Source of the DNA: Pristiophorus japonicus
Taxonomy: Eukaryota
Direction: 5' to 3'
Assembly: GCF_044704955.1 (NCBI RefSeq)
Contig: NW_027254445.1
Coordinates: forward strand, 186,001 to 250,000
Length of the DNA stretch: 64,000 bases
Shown here one piece after another: positions 1 to 11,326 of the stretch. The notes beneath the pieces were generated by a model. The model saw only the letters and a list, made by a program, of their open reading frames with translations, was not told the DNA's origin and ran no database searches. Made by a program: the position numbers and the translations under genes. Position 1 is the first letter of the stretch, and each line of letters opens with the position of its first letter.

Positions 1-1220
1 AGGAGAACCAGTTGATGTGGTATATTTGGACTTTCAGAAGGCTTTCGACAAGGTCCCACACAAGAGATTAATGTGCAAAGTTAAAGCACATGGGATTGGG
101 GGTAGTGTGCTGACGTGGATTGAGAACTGGTTGTCAGACAGGAAGCAAAGAGTAGGAGTAAATGGGTACTTTTCAGAATGGCAGGCAGTGACTAGTGGAG
201 TACCGCAAGGTTCTGTGCTGGGGCCCCAGCTGTTTACATTGTACATTAATGATTCAGACGAGGGGATTAAATGTAGTATCTCCAAATTTGTGGATGACAC
301 TAAGTTGGGTGGCAGTGTGAGCTGCGAGGAGGATGCTATGAGGCTGCAGAGTGACTTGGATAGGTTAGGTGAGTGGGCAAATGAATGGCAGATGAAGTAT
401 AATGTGGATAAATGTGAGGTTATCCACTTTGGTGGTAAAAACAGAGAGACAGACTATTATCTGAATGGTGACAGATTTGGAAAAGGGAAGGTGCAACGAG
501 ACCTGGGTGTCATGGTACATCAGTCATTGAAGGTTGGCATGCAGGTACAGCAGGTGGTTAAGAAAGCAAATGGCATGTTGGCCTTCATAGCGAGGGGATT
601 TGAGTACAGGGGCAGGGAGGTGTTGCTGCAGTTGTACAGGGCCTTGGTGAGGCCACACCTGGAGTATTGTGTACAGTTTTGGTCTCCTAACTTGAGGAAG
701 GACATTCTTGCTATTGAGGGAGTGCAGCGAAGATTCACCAGACTGATTCCCGGGATGGTGGGACTGACCTATCAAGAAAGACTGGATCAACTGGGCTTGT
801 ATTCACTGGAGTTCAGAAGAATGAGCGGGGACCTCATAGAAACGTTTAAAATTCTGACGGGTTTAGACAGGTTAGATGCAGGAAGAATGTTTCCAATGTT
901 GGGGAAGTCCAGAACCAGGGGTCACAGTCTGAGGATAAGGGGTAAGCCATTTAGGATCGAGATGAGGAGAAACTTCTTCACCCAGAGAGTGGTGAACCTG
1001 TGGAATTCTCTACCACAGAAAGTAGTTGAGGCCAATTCACTAAATATATTCAAAAACGGAGTTAGATGAATATCTCGGGGGATCTCGGGGTATGGCGAGA
1101 AAGCAGGAAGTGGGTACTGAAGTTTCATGTTCAGCCATGAACTCATTGAATGGCGGTGCAGGCTAGAAGGGCTGAATGGCCGGCTCCTGCACCTATTTTC
1201 TATGTTTCTATGTTTCTATG
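1..1220 (+). mobile_element. CR1 LINE 3' portion (ORF2 RT domain, ORF 17-1069, plus 3'UTR and tail)
   Basis: [31 protein letters not shown] and RPHLEYCVQFW CR1 motifs; ends in a (TTTCTATG)n tail at ~1196-1220. Confidence 0.95.
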
Positions 1221-3303
1221 AATGTGTAATGTATTGTTCTTTATTACAGTGATTATAAGGCTGACCTTGTACTTTCTTGTCTGTAATAAAGTCAAAGTTC
1301 TTTGCACCAAACCAGTTGTACTTTGCATTTTGTCACATTCCCCAAATAATCCCAGAGTGTAGAACCCAAGGGAGTGGGAGCCATTCGAACCGCTCAAGTA
1401 GGTCAGAGGTGAACCTGAAGCCCGGGACCACTCCTTACAAAATGGCGACCGCGGCAGGACTCTGGTACAAGGGCTGTGATGCGGAGCGTGCTGGTTTGGG
1501 GGAAAGAACCAAGATGGAAGAGAGGATTTCCTCCTATGTGTACAAGAAAGTGAATGTCACTAAGGAATGGGTGCTTGGTCTGTTGTGCGCTGAGCGTCCA
1601 GCCGACGCTGCAGCTCAGTGGACAGCAAGCAAGAATCACAAAGAATCAGTAGAGAAGGCAATCTGATTGGTCTGTCTGCAGCGACAGGTCCAACTCCTGG
1701 ATAAAACCAATGAGACACTACAGGCAGAGTTATGGGAATGTGCAGAGAACTATCAGGAAAGGGCTATGGCAGAAGAAAGGTTATGGGGAGAACTCCGTAA
1801 GCTAAAACAGGAAAAGACCCAGCTAATGGAAAGGTTTAAGAACAGTCAGGACTATTTTCAATTTCAGGTTACCGAGGCCAAAAGTAATGAAAAGTCACTG
1901 AGGGAGGAAAGCACTCGCCTCACCCTACAAGTAAAAGAGCTCCAGGAAAATTTAAAAGATGTGCAAGCAGCGTATAAAGTAGCTAGCACTAATGGGTTTG
2001 AATCGGGAGACCACGGTCCCTGCCAGCAGCAAATCAAGAGTTTAACCCTTGCTCTGTCCAAGGCAAAAGGCATGGTATGTTTAATAAGCCCGGGTACGCC
2101 CCAGGTAAACCTGGAAGAGAAGGAAGAAACGACCTGGCCACTACCTGTAGCACCGGTGACTACACCGGTGAAGCAGCAGGAGGGGCGAACGAGTTGCAGG
2201 GTGAACAGGGATAGTGAACCACCAGCACCTGTGGCACCGAGTTTCAGCTCGGTCTGGCAGCAGGGAGGAGAGGGAGGCGAGCCAGAACAGGGAGAGCCAG
2301 AACCAGGGCCAATGTGCCTGGTCCGGCAACAGAGGTTTGGCCCGCCCACCCTTGCCGGGGGTCCAGGACCGTGGAAAGTCAGTTTGTGGTCCCCCACACT
2401 CCCCACCAGCTTAGGGCTATGATAAGCCACCTGGGAAAGCTCACTCCAAAGGGAGACCCCTCAGTTCACTTTGTGGAGGTGGAACAGGCAGAGGATATTA
2501 ATGGGTGTGATGAGGCCGAGATGGCAAAGATGCTTCTCCTATCCCTCGACAGCAAACTGTACCAGTCCCTCTCTACTGAGAGCAAAAGAGGACAGAAAAC
2601 ACTTGCTGCCATCCAGAAAGACATTTTAGAAGCTCTGGGCTGCATGAAGTGAGTCCCTTCTCCAGAGTAAACGGTGCAGCTCACAGGGGAAACCCCACAG
2701 GCTTTCGCAGACCGACTGTGGGCTGTGGAGGGGACCTCAACTGAAATCACTTAAACCCGGACGAGTTAGCCCACTGGCTCCGAAGTCTAGTATCTAACAG
2801 TTTACCCAGAATAAGAACCAAGGCTGAGGCCTGGTTCGACCCCAGAGACCCCCAAGCCACAGAATAGAGAGTGCTTAGGCAGCTGACCCTAGCTTACAGA
2901 AACGGCAGAGGGACAGAAGAGCCCCCACAAAAGGGAAGGGTTCACGAAATCTGACCTAACCAAGACAAGAGGGAATGGCACCACAAGGGGGCAACCCCTC
3001 CGATACAAAACGTACCTGCTTTGGGTGTGGAAAGAGTGGGCACTGGAGAAAGGATTGAAGAAATCCTTGGCAGAATAGCGCAGGAAAGAATTCTCCAGCC
3101 CCTGCCCAAAAGACCGGGACAGATAAGCCAGTCCCTCCCCATTTGTTTGAGACCTTTTTAACTGCGCTCCGAGCCATGTTAGATGGCCCTGGATAGGTAG
3201 CCACCGCCATTGGTACGGAAATCCCATCTGCCCCCTCCCAACCAAAACCGTGACTAGGACAGGCACAGCCTGTCCACCTGTGTGCCCTCGAGTATGATAC
3301 GTG
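1221..3303 (+). mobile_element. Truncated LTR retroelement/ERV-like: LTR 3' part (1221-1439), tRNA-Arg PBS, decayed gag and the start of pro
   Basis: AATAAA at ~1285; LTR ends ...CCTTACA at 1439; PBS TGGCGACCGCGGCAGGAC at 1443-1460; coiled-coil ORF 1667-2422; zinc knuckle CFGCGKSGHWRKD* at 3017-3058; TGA CTA G at 3251 in frame with the knuckle. Confidence 0.8.
1443..1460 (+). promoter_or_regulatory. Primer binding site complementary to the tRNA-Arg(TCG) 3' end
   Basis: Reverse complement GTCCTGCCGCGGTCGCCA matches, from recall, the 3' 18 nt of a vertebrate tRNA-Arg(TCG); lies 3 nt after the LTR-terminal CA. Confidence 0.8.
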
Positions 3304-3859
3304 TGTTGATTTCTGGATTCTTTTCCCTCAATCTGGTTCAGTGAAATCACTGAGTCGAATACCGATTGTGCTTTAAACAGAGCAAGCTTTTATTTAAAAA
3401 GCAAATCCCGATCGGGGACCTTATCAGACAGAAGGAATGCAACTCTGATAGAACGCACTCACTTCCTACGGACAAAGTGACGTGACATTGTAAAGGGACA
3501 ACGGTTATACATTTTCGGCAAAAGATAACAAGATAGGGCTAGAGTGACATCCTAGTTCAGCCTATCCCTTTTGATCCCTCTTTCCCTTTGTCCACTCATA
3601 AGCTGACCTAAGTATGGTCTGATTTTAAACAAAGACCTTCTGTTAATGTTTCAGGTTAATAACATGATTTAATAAGACCTTGAGGTTTTTCTGCAAGCTG
3701 TGGGTTTTGTTTCAATATGTGTTAGTGTTGTAACATTTTGCAGTCTCGAGTTTGAGATGTCATGGCTATTCTTCCATGAATTCTTTGTTAGCTTATACTG
3801 TCCATATATAATTCCCACGTTCTCAACTTCTCGACTTTATACATTTTTAAACATTCACA
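3304..3859 (-). repeat. 3' LTR of ERV-Leu
   Basis: TG...CA termini; near-identical to the copy starting at 11327; abuts PPT AAAAGGGGGGAA (minus strand, 3860-3871). Confidence 0.92.
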
Positions 3860-3895
3860 TTCCCCCCTTTTATCATTCACTGATAACACTTAGGA

Positions 3896-5333
3896 TCATT
3901 CTAGGAGTATTGCATTCATCCGTTCACACTCTATTTCCTGAATCATATTGTTGTTCGTGTCGATTAGTTCTTTAGTTCGTTGGATCATAACTTGGGAGCC
4001 CTTGACCACAAGCGGGTTTGCTAACCTTGCCATCATTGCTTTACAACAAAAGTTAAGGCAATCAACAATCAAACAACAGGTAATTATTACTACGATGAGA
4101 ATAATTGCCCCATGCATTAGATAGGATCTCCAAGATCCATCTGATCGCCCATCAACCCAGCTAGATCCTTCTGCTGGTGTGGATAACTTCGTTACCTCCC
4201 TTCTTATGTGATCAGCGAGATTGGTTATGTTTTCTGAACTATCGGGAATGTAAGTGCAACATTCAGATCCTATCAGGGCACAAGTTCCCCCTTTCTCAGC
4301 TAACAGGTAATCGAGGGCCATTCGGTTTTGTAATGCTACGGTCCTTATTGCTACCATTTCAGCTGTGATGCCCTCCAGAGCTTCAGCAGTATTGTTAGCT
4401 ATCTGTTCCAATATCATCTCTAGGTTCTGTACTTCATCCATGAGACGTCCTATCCTGATTGGGAACATCATGACCCCAAAGAACTTGTCGACGGGGGTGA
4501 TGGCTCGCTTGTATCGGCTGGAGGCATGTGCTTCCGCCAGGGTACGTACTTGCCGCACAAATGGCACCACATATCCCAGATAACAGGACCCTGTCCATCG
4601 CCTAGGCAACCAAGGATATGCCTTATGACCGCACACGAAATACGTGCCGTTAAAAGCTGCTTTCTGATATATTGCTTCCGGGTCCCAGGACTGGGCCCAC
4701 AAACCTCCACCTGTTTTATTCGGAAGGTGAGAGAGGATGGTGACTCGTGCACCTGTGGTGATGTTGAGATTGTGTGGGCATTTGCTGTACCCTATGATAT
4801 GTCCCTTGTTACTGGTGTCATTTCGGGTTAGACATATGTCCCCGGTTGGCCTCCCAATCCCCGAGGTATTGGTCAGAGCTAAGAATGGGGGTTCCTTTCC
4901 ACAGTCGTAGGTTGGTTGGTACCATCCCTGGGACATCTGACTAATGGGGTCTCCAGCACTCTCCCACTTGGTGACCTCCCCGTGGTCATTCATGTGGTAA
5001 CGGTATAATACGCCTCCTGATCTCTGTGATCCCTCTTTTGACCCGCCTTTCCTCTCTCGTATTTGCATGGCCCCCCTCCGCTCATGCTAGTCTGGCTCAG
5101 AAGCCACTTGACGGTCTCAGTTAGGGTCAGTGGAACGGGGCGTAAAGGAATACCCCCTTTGGAATGTATAGGGATATGTGAGCACACCCAGCATCAAGAA
5201 AAGTTCCCATTTTGCGCATAAACATAAGACATGTACAAAAAGGTGTTTACATGGAGCTCTCTTCTCTGTCTCCCCTCCCATGCGCTGAAACTGTCATATT
5301 ATACAGACTGTGGCATACAGACACAGTTTCATC
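3896..5333 (-). pseudogene. env: ERV-Leu env (gamma-type); 390-aa open C-terminal part, 5' part disrupted
   Basis: Furin site RYKR, fusion peptide, ISD LQNRMALDYLL, CX6CC (CALIGSECC), TM helix; SU CWVC is preceded by a stop, and the signal-peptide region is broken. Confidence 0.9.
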
Positions 5334-5563
5334 TTATGGCTCAGGATTCAGATAAATAGTCCAATTATTTTGCTGATTAAAAGAGTTCGGTTCTCCCGTC
5401 TCTCTTCTTAGGTCACCATCGGTGTAGCTGGCTGTCTATCACTACGGGTAAAAGTTCAAACTGGTCCACGTTACAATTAGGATGTCAACGGCCTTGTTCA
5501 GCTATGGAGAAGAGGAAGTCTGGAACAGAAACAGGAGTTAGAATAACCAGTAAAATAGGTTTG

Positions 5564-7799
5564 TTAGGGGGTGGTGAGCTTGCAGTGATGCAGGTAAACC
5601 CAGGCACTTCTCCCCTCAACCTTGGCTGCAGTGGGGGTAGTGAATAACACCTGAAAAGGCCCCTCCCATTGTGGCTCCAATCCCTTCCGAATCCACCTCT
5701 TAATCAGGACATACTTCCCAGGTCCCACGAGGGACGATTTGGGTAAAACTGGGAGGTCGAGGTGAGCCTCTCGAACCTGGTTGTGAGCTAGTCGCAGAGC
5801 CTGAGTCAGAGAAAGAACATAGGTGGTCATCAGTCGAGCTGAGATACCATATCTAGGAACAATTTCCCTCATTAACACCTTAACAACAGTTTGAGCCTTA
5901 TTGTCCAGGGTAGGGTAGGCTTCAATCCACCTGCTAAACACATCTACTATTACTAACAGATATTTGTAACACTGAACTTTTTGCAACTCAATGTAGTCCA
6001 ACTGAAATGTCTCAAAGGGACCTTCGGGTAGGGGCATTTTACCCCAATCACAGGGGACTCCCTTCCCTGGATTATGTTGCTGGCAAACCAGGCAACGACT
6101 ACTGATGTTCTGGGCGAGCGCCTGGAGTCTAGGGTGCCATCAAGTAGCCAAAAGTGTGTCACTCGTGGTCCTTGCTCCACAATGAGTAGCAAAAATGCAT
6201 ACATTCAATAACCCATAGAGCCAACTCATCAGACATGCAAGTCTGTTCCGCGGGAGTGGTCCAGAGTTTAGAAACATTGTCATAAGTACATCCATAATTT
6301 TTCCACAACAGTTTTTCTTTTTCAGGAGCGTCCTCCTGTGCTTTAATAACATCTTGGATGGTTGGCATTGGTTTTTCCGAGGCTAACTTATCCTTCGCAG
6401 GATTTTTTAGTCTGACTCATCATTTTGGGCACTACCATCTGTTGGTCACGAGAGGCCTGTTTAGCTTCTTTGTCAGCACAGTGGTTCCCGATATCAACCG
6501 GGGATTTTCCAGTGGTGTGGGCGGTACATTTAACAATGGCAATGTGCTTGGGGAGCATGAGGGCTTGCAACAAATCAGATACTAGTTGCTTATGGGATAT
6601 CTCATTCCCCTGTGAGGTTAGGAATCCCCTATTTTTCCATAATTGTCCGAAATCATGGGCCACCCCAAAGGCATACCGAGAGTCGGTATAGATATTGACT
6701 TTGAGGTCTTTGGCCAAGATACAGGCTCGGGTGAGGGTGAATAGTTCAGCTTGTTGGGCAGAATTGGCGGTTTCAAAGGCGGCAGATTCCAAGACCTGAT
6801 TCTCCTGGTTTACTATGGCGTATCCTGAGATTCGTGTACCTTCTGGATTAATAGAAGAACTTCCGTCAACATACATAATACAGCCTGGATCTTCCATTGG
6901 TACATCAACTAAATCTTCCCTGACTGATGTGGCCTCTTGAATTAAAGATAAACAGTCATGACTGGGTTCTTCCTCATCTTGGGGCGGCTCAGTAAGAAAA
7001 CAGGCCGGATTAATTGCAGTACAGTGCCGAAAGGTCAGCTTGGGTTGTTTAGTAGGTAGATCTCATATCTGCTTTGCCTGGCCATGTTAAGGTGTTGAGT
7101 CTGCAGCTGGCCCAGGAGGGCAGCTACGGAGTGAGAGGTGTTAAGACAACGGTAGCACAGTCTTTCAGGCTTGTACAATACAGTTGAAAGGTCATAGAGG
7201 GGCCGGACCAAAGCCGGAGCTTGCAGCAGGGCTGTCTTTAGTTCCTTAAAGGCTTGGACGTCTGCGGTTTCTATTTCAAAGCTGCCTTCCTTATTTGTAT
7301 ACAGGGTGAGGTGCTTAGTCATCAGGGCAACATTAGGGATCCAGGATCTGCAGTAATTGATCATCCCCAACCACTGGCGCATTTGTTTAGCCGTGCTAGG
7401 GACTGGAAACTGGCAAATTGGTTCGACTCGGCTAGCCTCCAGAGCTCGGTGGATACTCGGTATTGCCTGTGATTTCAGTGGGTACTGTCGGATAGAGGGC
7501 CAGTCCACATTGCCCTGCACTGGGATCTCAATCGGATCAATGGGAGTATAACCCACTTGGGAGGGGTCCACTTCCCACACATGAGAATCCACATAGTCAG
7601 GTATGTCAGAACCAGTATGATGCTGCAGAGTCGTTAAGACCTTCTCGGGGTCCCCGTGGAATTGGCCTGTTCGGCCATGTTTTACAATTTGCACATCCCA
7701 GCTGGTAGGGTCAGCCTCGTCTATAGCCTGGCGCACCATAACTCCCAAATCTTTAGCGTGGTGGGGAGGTAATACTTCACGAGTAATATGTGGTGCCAC
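5564..7799 (-). pseudogene. pol: ERV-Leu pol: RT with catalytic core deleted, RNase H (6388-6897), integrase with core deletion
   Basis: QYPL is followed almost directly by the thumb motif WLGMINYCR with no LPQG/YxDD; RNase H YVDGS/SAQQAEL/YTDS/GNHCAD; IN LDYIEL..VDVFSRW then jumps to the C-terminal WEGPF. Confidence 0.9.
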
Positions 7800-7990
7800 C
7801 GTTGGGGGCTGTCCATTTCCACAAAATCTGCCTTCCCTTCCGGTCCAGTCACTCTAGCCCTTAATAGAATTTCCTTCACTTCCCCTTCGTGATCCTGATA
7901 AAAGTTCTGCAGGTCCTGATTCTTTCCACTGGGATCGTATGCTAGGGTCACGTGATAGGGTGCCTGCGGCAGGTCCAGAGACCACCACTG
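7700..7990 (-). other. 2H-phosphoesterase-like domain between protease and RT (frameshifted)
   Basis: PYHVTLAY (~7946-7954) and APHITR (~7782-7790): two HxT motifs ~55 codons apart, followed by HHAKDLG. Confidence 0.7.
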
Positions 7991-7994
7991 AGGG

Positions 7995-8380
7995 GTTCTA
8001 GTGGTATAATTCTGCCGCTTAAGGGTTCCTTGTTTTACAATAATCCCATCATCTCCACACTCCAAATGCAACTGGAATTTGCAGAGGAGGTCTCTAGCCA
8101 TCAAGTTACAGTCCAGATTGGTTGTGATAACAAATCGATGTTCCACCGATTCTTCCTGGTAACCCATTTTAACCGGTTCTGACATCGGGAATGTAGAGAC
8201 TTGTCCCAGGAATCCTGACAGTCCCTGTGTTTCAGTGAAGGCGGGGAGTTTCAGCTTTGATTGTACAGAAGAAATGAAGGCTCCCGTATCTATCAAGAAG
8301 GGTTGCCACTCATTCCGAATTTTTAACAATATCATCGGTTCGTCATCCGGGGAGGGTCCCTGCACAATCAAGCTACGTAG
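7995..8380 (-). CDS. pro: ERV-Leu aspartic protease
   Basis: FLIDTGA active site and NLMARDLL motif, in frame with the gag stop. Confidence 0.9.
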
Positions 8381-9250
8381 TCAATACGAATAATCGGGGG
8401 ATGGTTGGCCAAAGGGGTTGTTCTGGGAGAAGTTAGTGTAAGATCCCCGTCCTCTTCCCCCCTTGCCCCACTCCTCTTCCTCCTCTTCCTTTTTCGTGCT
8501 GACGGGAGGGACAATTTCTATTTCAATGTCCTTCTTGCCCACAAATAAAGCATCCATCTCGTCTTTCCCAGCCCCGACCTCTTCCCATACCAGGCCGGGG
8601 ACAGTAGGGCGGTCCGTAATTAGCAGGGCCCGGGCCATTTGGGTGTTTGATATAACCGTATCCCTGTTTATCCACCAACCCTGCACGCAACACTGCGGTT
8701 CCATCTGGTATCCCCTTGGGTCGGGTTTTGGTCCTTCCACCCGAGGCGGCTCTTCCTTTCTAGTCACGTATTCAGTCTTGACCCGGGTTGGGGGCGCACC
8801 TCCCCCCTCTCCTTTCTTTTCCTGCCAATAATATTTAACCGCCCTTTCCATCTGGTCTTTACTGTTATCTGCCCAATTCATATTATTTGTCCGGATAGCG
8901 TGAGCAACCGAATAGGGCAGGCACTGAAGTAGGATAGCGCAGAATTGAGGAGAATCCTCTCCTGCCCTGAAGGCATTATCTCCTGATTGACTTCCGTATA
9001 TTTCAATAAATCTTTCCATGAATTCATCGGCAGTTTCTTCTCGTTTGGGTTTAGTTTCTAATACTGCGGCCATACTGATGGGCTTCTGAAGGGTCGCGGT
9101 GAGAGCATTAGTGTTTAGGCGATCCTGGACATCGTTAGGGTGAGCAACCAACAATGCATCATGAGTAGCACGTCCTAGGTGAGTTAGAAATCGGGCTTGC
9201 TCAGTTGGGCTCAGGGTTTGCTTTACCAGGGCCTACAGGTCCCTTGATTC
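8381..9250 (-). pseudogene. gag: ERV-Leu gag (capsid C-terminal part and NC)
   Basis: MHR-like KPKREETADEFMERF; CFICGQEGH*NRNC knuckle in an alternative frame at ~8510-8555. Confidence 0.8.
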
Positions 9251-10947
9251 TGCATTATATCCATGCATGTCAGGTCACTCCGTGAAATCGGAGGTCAGGG
9301 TTAAGTTGGGTTTGTGGATCCCTTTCAGCTTATTTATCTTAGCCTTTTAACTCTTCAATTTGTTTTGTTTGAGTATCTATTTCTTTATTGTATCAGGCAA
9401 GTATTATTACATAAGCTAGTTCTGTTTTTATTTTTATTCTGACTATCGCACCATTCCTCTGTTAGGTGAGTCTTTTTTCTATTAAGAAATCCAAATTGAT
9501 AATGTTCAGTGTGAAACGGCTGTCAATGGAAAGGGTTAACTCCTTTACAGGTTTGTAAGAAGACCTGATGTCATTACGTGACTTCGCGTAACCATCTGAA
9601 AAAAAAATCTTTTCATCAGGAAAGGCAGCATTTGATTAAACGCCAATATTTTTTAACTTCTTATTCAAGTACTCGCCAAAGATATTTTTTTAATTGATTT
9701 AAAACGAGACCACACATTTTTAATAGCTATTTGTTTACTGAAATTCAATTTCGTCATCAGCCTCAGTGAATGCAAAGCCAACCATTTTAACTACGTAGTC
9801 TATCGATACCTTTCTCAGAGGTCCCAGTGGAACTCTGAGTACATTTCTCGTGTGTGCACTCTTTCTTTAAGACATCTACAGTTTTTAATATGTCCTCCTT
9901 CTGTCAATGAAAGCCTTAATTTAATGGAGTTTTTCTGCCAACTCGACAGGAGTGATGCATTTTTTTTTAGACTGCAATGGAACGTTTCTCATAATTTAAA
10001 ATCTCAGAACATTTTTTTTTCAGCACCTATTTAGTACGTTACGTCTTTTTTTTCATCTTTTCCACAACTAGAGGGAAGTCTGGCACGTAGGCTGTGGACT
10101 GCTTTTCGTTATCTCAATTGTTCCAGCCTCAAGGTCGTGTTATACTATTTCTTCTAAACTGCAGATTTAATATCATATATTTTTTTTTAATCCTTTTGAA
10201 TCCATCTCAGTTGTTTTGCTGTGCCTTCTCTGAATATCTCAAAATCCCGATTCAAACTTTGTAATGTAATCAATCATTGCATGTTTTCTTTCGACAAGTA
10301 AGTGAGCATGTCAAATCCTTTTTTAACCACCGGGACCATGTTTTTTTTCTTTTTTTACTCAACAAACCTATCCTTTGTGCATTTCCTGGCTCCGTAACTT
10401 ATCATCCGAATATACGTAATTCAATAAGGCTCACACTCTTAAACTTCCCACATACAGGACAACACTACGAAGGGTTAAAAAAACTTTCATTCTGTTTGAA
10501 AAAGTGGGTGGAGCTAAAACAAACCACAACTCCCCGGCTTTCTTTTCCACAGTAAAAATCACACAAGCATTTCTCATTTAAAACAGACGTTCACAAGAGT
10601 CTCTCTTCTTTCCTATTAATTGTTTTGGCCGGCTCTATTTTTGGATCCATGACCTTTCAGGGAATTCGTAGTTTTATCTAAATTACCCATCCTGTGTCGC
10701 CGCACGTTGGATCAGGGTCCTAATTAGTCCTGATTGTCTCCACGTCGCCCCGTGGTGGTTTCAGTTATCTTACCCAGAGTCTAGGTGGACCAAGTGATAT
10801 ACAAGATTGACGCCGTACCTAGCGTAAGTACAATTTAAAATTTACACAGTCCCGCGGCTTAATTTTACGTAATTCCCTAACCTCCGCGTTTCCCTACGCG
10901 GTTCGCGCGATTCTCTCTCTCTCTCCGCGTTGCCGCGCGGTTTTACT

Positions 10948-11022
10948 TGGGCCTCGAACCCACACAGACACTGGGCCTCGAACCCAGGCAGGCTCTGGGC
11001 CTTGAACCCAGGCAGACTTACC
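10948..11022 (-). promoter_or_regulatory. ERV-Leu candidate splice donor followed by three hairpins CTGGG-TTCRAGG-CCCAG (candidate packaging signal)
   Basis: AG|GTAAGT on the minus strand at ~11016-11023; three 4-5 bp stems with 7-nt loops. Confidence 0.6.
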
Positions 11023-11306
11023 TATTCTAACCTATCTTTCCGAGTCGCCGCTTGGTTTGCGTCACCGCGCAATTTCCCTATCTCTATCCCTATTCTAAGT
11101 TTGAAAGGTATTCACCAGATTGTCCTGGATCTCGTTCAGACACTACCTGAGAACCAGCGAGTGGCTAAACTTTCCTCAGACTTTTGAAACCGGGGGAAAC
11201 TGGAGCAGTATTGAAAGTATACTTACTACAGTGGCCACTTTCCCCTCGTCTCGTCCAAGGCTAGTCTGGCTCTTAATTCGCAAGTTTTCGGCAGTCATCC
11301 ATTGAG

Positions 11307-11324
11307 ATCCCACTTCTGACACCA
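11307..11324 (-). promoter_or_regulatory. PBS tRNA-Leu
   Basis: TGGTGTCAGAAGTGGGAT, 2 nt from the 5' LTR; complement of the tRNA-Leu 3' end ATCCCACTTCTGACACCA. Confidence 0.92.
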
Positions 11325-11326
11325 AA

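Noticed and set aside
34-1146. Many short ORFs antisense to CR1 (here and throughout)
   Set aside because: Recurrent shadow frames of the CR1 RT coding sequence
10948-11324. tRNA gene
   Set aside because: Only a PBS and isolated T-arm-like hairpins; no cloverleaf
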